Made by a program: the position numbers and the translations under genes. Below, one piece after another: positions 39,140 through 52,100 of a DNA stretch of 64,000 nt. The notes beneath the pieces are model-generated. The model saw only the letters and a program-made list of their open reading frames with translations, was not told where the DNA came from and made no database searches. Each line of letters begins with the position of its first letter. Position 1 is the first letter of the stretch. Source of the DNA: Eledone cirrhosa (lineage: Eukaryota); contig OZ024758.1 of the NCBI GenBank assembly GCA_964016885.1, positions 34,224,001 through 34,288,000 of the forward strand, given 5' to 3'.

Positions 39140-42100
39140 GAATTCATTTAAGTTCATGGTATTAGCTGTCAGAAGGAACGCCACTGTTGGTGAGAATTCA
39201 TTTAAGTTCATGGTATTAGCTGTCAGAAGTAACTCCTCTGTTGGTGAGAATTCATTTAAGTTCATGGTACTAGCTGTCAGAAGTAACTCCAATGTTGGTG
39301 AGAATTCATTTAAGTTCATGGTATTAGCTGTCAGAACTAACTCCACTGTTGGTGAGAATTCATTTAAGTTCATGGTACTAGCTGTCAGAAGTAACTCCAC
39401 TGTTGGTGAGAATTCAATTAAGTTCATGGTACTAGCTGTCAGAAGTAACTCCACTGTTGGTGAGAATTCATTTAAGTTCATGGTACTAGCTGTCAGAAGT
39501 AACTCCAATGTTGGTGAGAATTCATTTAAGTTCATGGTATTAGCTGTCAGAAGTAACTCCACTGTTGGTGAGAATTCATTTAAGTTCATGGTACTAGCTG
39601 TCAGAAGTAACTCCACTGTTGGTGAGAATTCATTTAAGTTCATGGTATTAGCTGTCAGAAGTCACTCCAATGTTGGTGAGAATTCATTTAAGTTCATGGT
39701 ATTAGCTGTCAGAAGTCACTCCACTGTTGGTGAGAATTCATTTAAGTTCATGGTACTAGCTGTCAGAAGTAACTCCACTGTTGGTGAGAATTCATTTAAG
39801 TTCATGGTATTAGCTGTCAGAAGTAACTCCACTGTTGGTGAGAATTCATTTAAGTTCATGGTATTAGCTGTCAGAAGTAACTCCACTGTTGGTGAGAATT
39901 CATTTAAGTCATGGTATTAGCTGTCAGAAGTAACTCCATTGTTGGTGAGAATTCATTTAAGTCGTGGTACTAGCTGTCAGAAGTAACTCCCCTGTTGGTG
40001 AGAATTCATTTAAGTTCATGGTACTAGCTGTCAGAAGTAACTCCACTGTTGGTGAGAATTCATTTAAGTTCATGGTACTAGCTGTCAGAAGTAACTCCAC
40101 TGTTGGTGAGAATTCATTTAAGTTCATGGTACTAGCTGTCAGAAGTAACTCCACTGTTGGTGAGAATTCATTTAAGTTCATGGTATTAGTTTGTCAGAAG
40201 TAACTCCACTGTTGGTGAGAATTCATTTAAGTCATGGTATTAGTTGTCAGAAGTAACTCCAATGTTGGTGAGAATTCATTTAAGTCATGGTACTAGCTGT
40301 CAGAAGTAACTCCAATGTTGGTGAGAATTCATTTAAGTTCATGGTATTAGCTCTCAGAAGTAACTCCACTGTTGGTGAGAATTCATTTAAGTCTTGGTAT
40401 TAGTTGTCAGAAGTAACTCCAATGTTGGTGAGAATTCATTTAAGTTCATGGTACTAGCTGTCAGAAGTAACTCCACTGTTGGTGAGAATTCATTTAAGTT
40501 CATGGTATTAGCTGTCAGAAGTAACTCCACTGTTGGTGAGAATTCATTTAAGTCATGGAATTAGCTGTCAGAAGTAACTCCATTGTTGGTGAGAATTCAT
40601 TTAAGTCATGGTACTAGTTGTCAGAAGTAACTCCAATGTTGATGAGAATTCATTTAAGTTCATGGTATTAGCTGTCAGAAGTAAATCCACTGTTGGTGAG
40701 AATTCATTTAAGTTCATGGTATTAGCTGTCAGAAGTAACTCCACTGTTGGTGAGAATTCATTTAAGTTCATGGTACTAGCTGTCAGAAGTAACTCCACTG
40801 TTGGTGAGAATTCATTTAAGTTCATGGTATTAGTTTGTCAGAAGTAACTCCACTGTTGGTGAGAATTCATTTAAGTCATGGTATTAGTTGTCAGAAGTAA
40901 CTCCAATGTTGCTGAGAATTCATTTAAGTTCATGGTATTAGCTGTCAGAAGTAACTCCACTGTTGGTGAGAATTCATTTAAGTTCATGGTATTAGCTGTC
41001 AGAAGTAACTCCACTGTTGGTGAGAATTCATTTAAGTCATGGTATTAGCTGTCAGAAGTAACTCCATTGTTAGTGAGAATTCATTTAAGTCATGGTACTA
41101 GCTGTCAGAAGTAACTCCACTGTTGGTGAGAATTCATTTAAGTTCATGGTACTAGCTGTCAGAAGTAACTCCACTGTTGGTGAGAATTCATTTAAGTTCA
41201 TGGTACTAGCTGTCAGAAGTAACTCCACTGTTGGTGAGAATTCATTTAAGTTCATGGTACTAGCTGTCAGAAGTAACTCCACTGTTGGTGAGAATTCATT
41301 TAAGTTCATGGTATTAGTTTGTCAGAAGTAACTCCACTGTTGGTGAGAATTCATTTAAGTCATGGTATTATTTGTCAGAAGTAACTCCAATGTTGGTGAG
41401 AATTCATTTAAGTTCATGGTATTAGCTGTCAGAAGGAACGCCACTGTTGGTGAGAATTCATTTAAGTTCATGGTATTAGCTGTCAGAAGTAACTCCTCTG
41501 TTGGTGAGAATTCATTTAAGTTCATGGTACTAGCTGTCAGAAGTAACTCCAATGTTGGTGAGAATTCATTTAAGTTCATGGTATTAGCTGTCAGAACTAA
41601 CTCCACTGTTGGTGAGAATTCATTTAAGTTCATGGTACTAGCTGTCAGAAGTAACTCCACTGTTGGTGGGAATTCAATTAAGTTCATGGTACTAGCTGTC
41701 AGAAGTAACTCCACTGTTGGTGAGAATTCATTTAAGTTCATGGTACTAGCTGTCAGAAGTAACTCCAATGTTGGTGAGAATTCATTTAAGTTCATGGTAT
41801 TAGCTGTCAGAAGTAACTCCACTGTTGGTGAGAATTCATTTAAGTTCATGGTACTAGCTGTCAGAAGTAACTCCACTGTTGGTGAGAATTCATTTAAGTT
41901 CATGGTATTAGCTGTCAGAAGTCACTCCAATGTTGGTGAGAATTCATTTAAGTTCATGGTATTAGCTGTCAGAAGTCACTCCACTGTTGGTGAGAATTCA
42001 TTTAAGTTCATGGTACTAGCTGTCAGAAGTAACTCCACTGTTGGTGAGAATTCATTTAAGTTCATGGTATTAGCTGTCAGAAGTAACTCCACTGTTGGTG

Positions 42101-43660
42101 AGAATTCATTTAAGTTCATGGTATTAGCTGTCAGAAGTAACTCCACTGTTGGTGAGAATTCATTTAAGTCATGGTATTAGCTGTCAGAAGTAACTCCATT
42201 GTTGGTGAGAATTCATTTAAGTCGTGGTACTAGCTGTCAGAAGTAACTCCCCTGTTGGTGAGAATTCATTTAAGTTCATGGTACTAGCTGTCAGAAGTAA
42301 CTCCACTGTTGGTGAGAATTCATTTAAGTTCATGGTACTAGCTGTCAGAAGTAACTCCACTGTTGGTGAGAATTCATTTAAGTTCATGGTACTAGCTGTC
42401 AGAAGTAACTCCACTGTTGGTGAGAATTCATTTAAGTTCATGGTATTAGTTTGTCAGAAGTAACTCCACTGTTGGTGAGAATTCATTTAAGTCATGGTAT
42501 TAGTTGTCAGAAGTAACTCCAATGTTGGTGAGAATTCATTTAAGTCATGGTACTAGCTGTCAGAAGTAACTCCAATGTTGGTGAGAATTCATTTAAGTTC
42601 ATGGTATTAGCTCTCAGAAGTAACTCCACTGTTGGTGAGAATTCATTTAAGTCTTGGTATTAGTTGTCAGAAGTAACTCCAATGTTGGTGAGAATTCATT
42701 TAAGTTCATGGTACTAGCTGTCAGAAGTAACTCCACTGTTGGTGAGAATTCATTTAAGTTCATGGTATTAGCTGTCAGAAGTAACTCCACTGTTGGTGAG
42801 AATTCATTTAAGTCATGGAATTAGCTGTCAGAAGTAACTCCATTGTTGGTGAGAATTCATTTAAGTCATGGTACTAGTTGTCAGAAGTAACTCCAATGTT
42901 GATGAGAATTCATTTAAGTTCATGGTATTAGCTGTCAGAAGTAAATTCACTGTTGGTGAGAATTCATTTAAGTTCATGGTATTAGCTGTCAGAAGTAACT
43001 CCACTGTTGGTGAGAATTCATTTAAGTTCATGGTACTAGCTGTCAGAAGTAACTCCACTGTTGGTGAGAATTCATTTAAGTTCATGGTATTAGTTTGTCA
43101 GAAGTAACTCCACTGTTGGTGAGAATTCATTTAAGTCATGGTATTAGTTGTCAGAAGTAACTCCAATGTTGCTGAGAATTCATTTAAGTTCATGGTATTA
43201 GCTGTCAGAAGTAACTCCACTGTTGGTGAGAATTCATTTAAGTTCATGGTATTAGCTGTCAGAAGTAACTCCACTGTTGGTGAGAATTCATTTAAGTCAT
43301 GGTATTAGCTGTCAGAAGTAACTCCATTGTTAGTGAGAATTCATTTAAGTCATGGTACTAGCTGTCAGAAGTAACTCCACTGTTGGTGAGAATTCATTTA
43401 AGTTCATGGTACTAGCTGTCAGAAGTAACTCCACTGTTGGTGAGAATTCATTTAAGTTCATGGTACTAGCTGTCAGAAGTAACTCCACTGTTGGTGAGAA
43501 TTCATTTAAGTTCATGGTACTAGCTGTCAGAAGTAACTCCACTGTTGGTGAGAATTCATTTAAGTTCATGGTATTAGTTTGTCAGAAGTAACTCCACTGT
43601 TGGTGAGAATTCATTTAAGTCATGGTATTAGTTGTCAGAAGTAACTCCAATGTTGGTGAG
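39140..43660. repeat. Tandem duplication of a 42-monomer unit (2260 bp x2)
   Basis: Offset 2260 for 39964/42224, 40608/42868 and 41092/43352. Shared variants AACTCCTCTG (~39236/41496), AATTCAATTA (~39415/41675) and AAGTCGTGG (39961/42221). Confidence 0.9.
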
Positions 43661-46040
43661 AATTCATTTAAGTCATGGTACTAGCTGTCAGAAGTAACTC
43701 CAATGTTGGTGAGAATTCATTTACGTTCATGGTATTAGCTCTCAGAAGTAACTCCACTGTTGGTGAGAATTCATTTAAGTTCATGGTATTAGCTGTCAGA
43801 AGTAACTCCACTGTTGGTGAGAATTCATTTAAGTTCATGGTATTAGCTGTCAGAAGTAACTCCACTGTTGGTGAGAATTCATTTAAGTTCATGGTATTAG
43901 CTGTCAGAAGGAACTCCAATGTTGGTGAGAATTCATTTACGTCATGGTACTAGCTGTCAGAAGTAACTCCACTGTTGGTGAGAATTCATTTAAGTTCATG
44001 GTATTAGCTGTCAGAAGGAACGCCACTGTTGGTGAGAATTCATTTAAGTTCATGGTATTAGCTGTCAGAAGTAACTCCACTGTTGGTGAGAATTCATTTA
44101 AGTTCATGGTACTAGCTGTCAGAAGTAACTCCAATGTTGGTGAGAATTCATTTAAGTTCACGGTATTAGCTGTCAGAAGTAACTCCACTGTTGGTGAGAA
44201 TTCATTTAAGTTCATGGTACTAGCTGTCAGAAGTAACTCCACTGTTGGTGAGAATTCATTTAAGTTCATGGTACTAGCTGTCAGAAGTAACTCCACTGTT
44301 GGTGAGAATTCATTTAAGTTCATGGTACTAGCTGTCAGAAGTAACTCCAATGTTGGTGAGAATTCATTTAAGTTCATGGTATTAGCTGTCAGAAGTAACT
44401 CCACTGTTGGTGAGAATTCATTTAAGTTCATGGTACTAGCTGTCAGAAGTAACTCCACTGTTGGTGAGAATTCATTTAAGTTCATGGTATTAGCTGTCAG
44501 AAGTCACTCCAATGTTGGTGAGAATTCATTTAAGTTCATGGTATTAGCTGTCAGAAGTCACTCCACTGTTGGTGAGAATTCATTTAAGTTCATGGTACTA
44601 GCTGTCAGAAGTAACCCCAATGTTGGTGAGAATTCATTTAAGTTCATGGTATTAGCTGTCAGAAGTCACTCCAATGTTGGTGAGAATTCATTTAAGTTCG
44701 TGGTATTAGCTGTCAGAAGTAACTCCACTGTTGGTGAGAATTCATTTAAGTTCATGGTATTAGCTATCAGAAGTAACTCCACTGTTGGTGAGAATTCATT
44801 TAAGTTCATGGTATTAGCTGTCAGAAGTAACTCCACTGTTGGTGAGAATTCATTTAAGTTCATGGTATTAGCTGTCAGAAGTAACTCCACTGTTGGTGAG
44901 AATTCATTTAAGTTCATGGTATTAGCTGTCAGAAGGAACTCCAATGTTGGTGAGAATTCATTTAAGTCATGGTACTAGCTGTCAGAAGTAACTCCACTGT
45001 TGGTGAGAATTCATTTAAGTTCATGGTATTAGCTGTCAGAAGGAACGCCACTGTTGGTGAGAATTCATTTAAGTTCATGGTATTAGCTGTCAGAAGTAAC
45101 TCCACTGTTGGTGAGAATTCATTTAAGTTCATTTGTACTAGCTGTCAGAAGTAACTCCAATGTTGGTGAGAATTCATTTAAGTTCATGGTATTAGCTGTC
45201 AGAACTAACTCCACTGTTGGTGAGAATTCATTTAAGTTCATGGTACTAGCTGTCAGAAGTAACTCCACTGTTGGTGAGAATTCATTTAAGTTCATGGTAC
45301 TAGCTGTCAGAAGTAACTCCACTGTTGGTGAGAATTCATTTAAGTTCATGGTACTAGCTGTCAGAAGTAACTCCAATGTTGGTGAGAATTCATTTAAGTT
45401 CATGGTATTAGCTGTCAGAAGTAACTCCACTGTTGGTGAGAATTCATTTAAGTTCATGGTACTAGCTGTCAGAAGTAACTCCACTGTTTGTGAGAATTAA
45501 TTTAAGTTCATGGTATTAGCTGTCAGAAGTCACTCCAATGTTGGTGAGAATTCATTTAAGTTCATGGTACTAGCTGTCAGAAGTAACCCCAATGTTGGTG
45601 AGAATTTATTTAAGTTCATGGTATTAGCTGTCAGAAGTCACTCCACTGTTGGTGAGAATTCATTTAAGTTCATGGTATTAGCTGTCAGAAGTAACTCCAC
45701 TGTTGGTGAGAATTCATTTAAGTTCATGGTACTAGCTGTCAGAAGTAACCCCAATGTTGGTGAGAATTCATTTAAGTTCATGGTACTAGCTGTCAGAAGT
45801 AACTCCACTGTTGGTGAGAATTCATTTAAGTTCATGGTATTAGCTGTCAGAAGTAACTCCACTGTTGGTGAGAATTCATTTAAGTCATGGAATTAGCTGT
45901 CAGAAGTAACTCCATTGTTGGTGAGAATTCATTTAAGTCATGGTACTAGCTGTCAGAAGTAACTCCAATGTTGATGAGAATTCATTTAAGTTCATGGTAT
46001 TAGCTGTCAGAAGTAACTCCACTGTTGGTGAGAATTCATT
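43350..46040. repeat. ~50-monomer block with a paralogous copy at ~49050-51800 (offset 5704-5757)
   Basis: ORF pairs 43675/49379 and 43944/49648 (offset 5704), 44969/50726 (5757), and 45510/51266 and 45940/51696 (5756). The variant GAGAATTAATTT (~45497/51253) was seen only in these two places. Confidence 0.82.
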
Positions 46041-49000
46041 TAAGTTCATGGTACTAGCTGTCAGAAGTAACTCCACTGTTGGTGAGAATTCATTTAAGTT
46101 CATGGTACTAGCTGTCAGAAGTAACTCCACTGTTGGTGAGAATTCATTTAAGTTCATGGTATTAGTTTGTCAGAAGTAACTCCACTGTTGGTGAGAATTC
46201 ATTTAAGTCATGGTATTAGTTGTCAGAAGTAACTCCACTGTTGGTGAGAATTCATTTAAGTTCATGGTATTAGCTGTCAGAAGGAACTCCAATGTTGGTG
46301 AGAATTCATTTAAGTCATGGTACTAGCTGTCAGAAGTAACTCCACTGTTGGTGAGAATTCATTTAAGTTCATGGTACTAGCTGTCAGAAGTAACTCCAAT
46401 GTTGGTGAGAATTCATTTAAGTTCATGGTATTAGCTGTCAGAAGTAACTCCACTGTTGGTGAGAATTCATTTAAGTCATGGAATTAGCTGTCAGAAGTAA
46501 CTCCATTGTTGGTGAGAATTCATTTAAGTCATGGTACTAGTTGTCAGAAGTAACTCCAATGTTGATGAGAATTCATTTAAGTTCATGGTATTAGTTTGTC
46601 AGAAGTAACTCCACTGTTGGTGAGAATTCATTTAAGTCATGGTATTAGTTGTCAGAAGTAACTCCAATGTTGGTGAGAATTCATTTAAGTCATGGTACTA
46701 GCTGTCAGAAGTAACTCCAATGTTGGTGAGAATTCATTTAAGTTCATGGTATTAGCTCTCAGAAGTAACTCCACTGTTGGTGAGAATTCATTTAAGTCTT
46801 GGTATTAGTTGTCAGAAGTAACTCCAATGTTGGTGAGAATTCATTTAAGTTCATGGTACTAGCTGTCAGAAGTAACTCCACTGTTGGTGAGAATTCATTT
46901 AAGTTCATGGTATTAGCTGTCAGAAGTAACTCCACTGTTGGTGAGAATTCATTTAAGTCATGGAATTAGCTGTCAGAAGTAACTCCATTGTTGGTGAGAA
47001 TTCATTTAAGTCATGGTACTAGCTGTCAGAAGTAACTCCAATGTTGATGAGAATTCATTTAAGTTCATGGTATTAGCTGTCAGAAGTAACTCCACTGTTG
47101 GTGAGAATTCATTTAAGTTCATGGTATTAGCTGTCAGAAGTAACTCCACTGTTGGTGAGAATTCATTTAAGTTCATGGTACTAGCTGTCAGAAGTAACTC
47201 CACTGTTGGTGAGAATTCATTTAAGTTCATGGTATTAGTTTGTCAGAAGTAACTCCACTGTTGGTGAGAATTCATTTAAGTCATGGTATTAGTTGTCAGA
47301 AGTAACTCCAATGTTGCTGAGAATTCATTTAAGTTCATGGTATTAGCTGTCAGAAGTAACTCCACTGTTGGTGAGAATTCATTTAAGTTCATGGTATTAG
47401 CTGTCACAAGTAACTCCACTGTTGGTGAGAATTCATTTAAGTCATGGTATTAGCTGTCAGAAGTAACTCCATTGTTAGTGAGAATTCATTTAAGTCATGG
47501 TACTAGCTGTCAGAAGTAACTCCACTGTTGGTGAGAATTCATTTAAGTTCCTGGTACTAGCTGTCAGAAGTAACTCCACTGTTGGTGAGAATTCATTTAA
47601 GTTCATGGTACTAGCTGTCAGAAGTAACTCCACTGTTGGTGAGAATTCATTTAAGTTCATGGTACTAGCTGTCAGAAGTAACTCCACTGTTGGTGAGAAT
47701 TCATTTAAGTTCATGGTATTAGTTTGTCAGAAGTAACTCCACTGTTGGTGAGAATTCATTTAAGTCATGGTATTAGTTGTCAGAAGTAACTCCACTGTTG
47801 GTGAGAATTCATTTAAGTTCATGGTATTAGCTGTCAGAAGGAACTCCAATGTTGGTGAGAATTCATTTAAGTCATGGTACTAGCTGTCAGAAGTAACTCC
47901 ACTGTTGGTGAGAATTCATTTAAGTTCATGGTACTAGCTGTCATAAGTAACTCCAATGTTGGTGAGAATTCATTTAAGTTCATGGTATTAGCTGTCAGAA
48001 GTAACTCCACTGTTGGTGAGAATTCATTTAAGTCATGGAATTAGCTGTCAGAAGTAACTCCATTGTTGGTGAGAATTCATTTAAGTCATGGTACTAGTTG
48101 TCAGAAGTAACTCCAATGTTGATGAGAATTCATTTAAGTTCATGGTATTAGTTTGTCAGAAGTAACTCCACTGTTGGTGAGAATTCATTTAAGTCATGGT
48201 ATTAGTTGTCAGAAGTAACTCCAATGTTGGTGAGAATTCATTTAAGTCATGGTACTAGCTGTCAGAAGTAACTCCAATGTTGGTGAGAATTCATTTAAGT
48301 TCATGGTATTAGCTCTCAGAAGTAACTCCACTGTTGGTGAGAATTCATTTAAGTCTTGGTATTAGTTGTCAGAAGTAACTCCAATGTTGGTGAGAATTCA
48401 TTTAAGTTCATGGTACTAGCTGTCAGAAGTAACTCCACTGTTGGTGAGAATTCATTTAAGTTCATGGTATTAGCTGTCAGAAGTAACTCCACTGTTGGTG
48501 AGAATTCATTTAAGTCATGGAATTAGCTGTCAGAAGTAACTCCATTGTTGGTGAGAATTCATTTAAGTCATGGTACTAGTTGTCAGAAGTAACTCCAATG
48601 TTGATGAGAATTCATTTAAGTTCATGGTATTAGCTGTCAGAAGTAAATCCACTGTTGGTGAGAATTCATTTAAGTTCATGGTATTAGCTGTCAGAAGTAA
48701 CTCCACTGTTGGTGAGAATTCATTTAAGTTCATGGTACTAGCTGTCAGAAGTAACTCCACTGTTGGTGAGAATTCATTTAAGTTCATGGTATTAGTTTGT
48801 CAGAAGTAACTCCACTGTTGGTGAGAATTCATTTAAGTTCATGGTATTAGTTGTCAGAAGTAACTCCAATGTTGCTGAGAATTCATTTAAGTTCATGGTA
48901 TTAGCTGTCAGAAGTAACTCCACTGTTGGTGAGAATTCATTTAAGTTCATGGTATTAGCTGTCAGAAGTAACTCCACTGTTGGTGAGAATTCATTTAAGT

Positions 49001-49150
49001 CATGGTATTAGCTGTCAGAAGTAACTCCATTGTTAGTGAGAATTCATTTAAGTCATGGTACTAGCTGTCAGAAGTAACTCCACTGTTGGTGAGAATTCAT
49101 TTAAGTTCATGGTACTAGCTGTTCAGAAGTAACTCCACTGTTGGTGAGAA
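46040..49150. repeat. Tandem duplication with a 29-monomer period (1557 bp), rich in 53-bp monomers
   Basis: The unusual adjacency 'TAGTTGTC..GTTGATG monomer directly followed by a TAGTTTGTC monomer' occurs at 46531 and 48088 (offset 1557). ORF ends 46179/47736 and starts 47013/48570 share this offset. The second halves differ at several diagnostic sites. Confidence 0.75.
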
Positions 49151-52100
49151 TTCATTTAAGTTCATGGTACTAGCTGTCAGAAGTAACTCCACTGTTGGTG
49201 AGAATTCATTTAAGTTCATGGTACTAGCTGTCAGAAGTAACTCCACTGTTGGTGAGAATTCATTTAAGTTCATGGTATTAGTTTGTCAGAAGTAACTCCA
49301 CTGTTGGTGAGAATTCATTTAAGTCATGGTATTAGTTGTCAGAAGTAACTCCAATGTTGGTGAGAATTCATTTAAGTCATGGTACTAGCTGTCAGAAGTA
49401 ACTCCAATGTTGGTGAGAATTCATTTACGTTCATGGTATTAGCTCTCAGAAGTAACTCCACTGTTGGTGAGAATTCATTTAAGTTCATGGTATTAGCTGT
49501 CAGAAGTAACTCCACTGTTGGTGAGAATTCATTTAAGTTCATGGTATTAGCTGTCAGAAGTAACTCCACTGTTGGTGAGAATTCATTTAAGTTCATGGTA
49601 TTAGCTGTCAGAAGGAACTCCAATGTTGGTGAGAATTCATTTAAGTCATGGTACTAGCTGTCAGAAGTAACTCCACTGTTGGTGAGAATTCATTTAAGTT
49701 CATGGTATTAGCTGTCAGAAGGAACGCCACTGTTGGTGAGAATTCATTTAAGTTCATGGTATTAGCTGTCAGAAGTAACTCCACTGTTGGTGAGAATTCA
49801 TTTAAGTTCATGGTACTAGCTGTCAGAAGTAACTCCAATGTTGGTGAGAATTCATTTAAGTTCATGGTATTAGCTGTCAGAAGTAACTCCACTGTTGGTG
49901 AGAATTCATTTAAGTTCATGGTACTAGCTGTCAGAAGTAACTCCACTGTTGGTGAGAATTCATTTAAGTTCATGGTACTAGCTGTCAGAAGTAACTCCAC
50001 CGTTGGTGAGAATTCATTTAAGTTCATGGTACTAGCTGTCAGAAGTAACTCCAATGTTGGTGAGAATTCATTTAAGTTCATGGTATTAGCTGTCAGAAGT
50101 AACTCCACTGTTGGTGAGAATTCATTTAAGTTCATGGTACTAGCTGTCAGAAGTAACTCCACTGTTGGTGAGAATTCATTTAAGTTCATGGTATTAGCTG
50201 TCAGAAGTCACTCCAATGTTGGTGAGAATTCATTTAAGTTCATGGTATTAGCTGTCAGAAGTCACTCCACTGTTGGTGAGAATTCATTTAAGTTCATGGT
50301 ACTAGCTGTCAGAAGTAACCCCAATGTTGGTGAGAATTCATTTAAGTTCATGGTATTAGCTGTCAGAAGTCACTCCAATGTTGGTGAGAATTCATTTAAG
50401 TTCGTGGTATTAGCTGTCAGAAGTAACTCCACTGTTGGTGAGAATTCATTTAAGTTCATGGTATTAGCTATCAGAAGTAACTCCACTGTTGGTGAGAATT
50501 CATTTAAGTTCATGGTATTAGCTGTCAGAAGTAACTCCACTGTTGGTGAGAATTCATTTAAGTTCATGGTATTAGCTGTCAGAAGGAACTCCAATGTTGG
50601 TGAGAATTCATTTAAGTCATGGTACTAGCTGTCAGAAGTAACTCCACTGTTGGTGAGAATTCATTTAAGTTCATGGTATTAGCTGTCAGAAGGAACTCCA
50701 ATGTTGGTGAGAATTCATTTAAGTCATGGTACTAGCTGTCAGAAGTAACTCCACTGTTGGTGAGAATTCATTTAAGTTCATGGTATTAGCTGTCAGAAGG
50801 AACGCCACTGTTGGTGAGAATTCATTTAAGTTCATGGTATTAGCTGTCAGAAGTAACTCCACTGTTGGTGAGAATTCATTTAAGTTCATGGTACTAGCTG
50901 TCAGAAGTAACTCCAATGTTGGTGAGAATTCATTTAAGTTCATGGTATTAGCTGTCAGAACTAACTCCACTGTTGGTGAGAATTCATTTAAGTTCATGGT
51001 ACTAGCTGTCAGAAGTAACTCCACTGTTGGTGAGAATTCATTTAAGTTCATGGTACTAGCTGTCAGAAGTAACTCCACTGTTGGTGAGAATTCATTTAAG
51101 TTCATGGTACTAGCTGTCAGAAGTAACTCCAATGTTGGTGAGAATTCATTTAAGTTCATGGTATTAGCTGTCAGAAGTAACTCCACTGTTGGTGAGAATT
51201 CATTTAAGTTCATGGTACTAGCTGTCAGAAGTAACTCCACTGTTGGTGAGAATTAATTTAAGTTCATGGTATTAGCTGTCAGAAGTCACTCCAATGTTGG
51301 TGAGAATTCATTTAAGTTCATGGTACTAGCTGTCAGAAGTAACCCCAATGTTGGTGAGAATTTATTTAAGTTCATGGTATTAGCTGTCAGAAGTCACTCC
51401 ACTGTTGGTGAGAATTCATTTAAGTTCATGGTATTAGCTGTCAGAAGTAACTCCACTGTTGGTGAGAATTCATTTAAGTTCATGGTACTAGCTGTCAGAA
51501 GTAACCCCAATGTTGGTGAGAATTCATTTAAGTTCATGGTACTAGCTGTCAGAAGTAACTCCACTGTTGGTGAGAATTCATTTAAGTTCATGGTATTAGC
51601 TGTCAGAAGTAACTCCACTGTTGGTGAGAATTCATTTAAGTCATGGAATTAGCTGTCAGAAGTAACTCCATTGTTGGTGAGAATTCATTTAAGTCATGGT
51701 ACTAGCTGTCAGAAGTAACTCCAATGTTGATGAGAATTCATTTAAGTTCATGGTATTAGCTGTCAGAAGTAACTCCACTGTTGGTGAGAATTCATTTAAG
51801 TTCATGGTATTAGCTGTCAGAAGTAACTCCACTGTTGGTGAGAATTCATTTAAGTTCATGGTACTAGCTGTCAGAAGTAACTCCACTGTTGGTGAGAATT
51901 CATTTAAGTTCATGGTATTAGTTTGTCAGAAGTAACTCCACTGTTGGTGAGAATTCATTTAAGTCATGGTATTAGTTGTCAGAAGTAACTCCAATGTTGC
52001 TGAGAATTCATTTAAGTTCATGGTATTAGCTGTCAGAAGTAACTCCACTGTTGGTGAGAATTCATTTAAGTTCATGGTATTAGCTGTCAGAAGTAACTCC

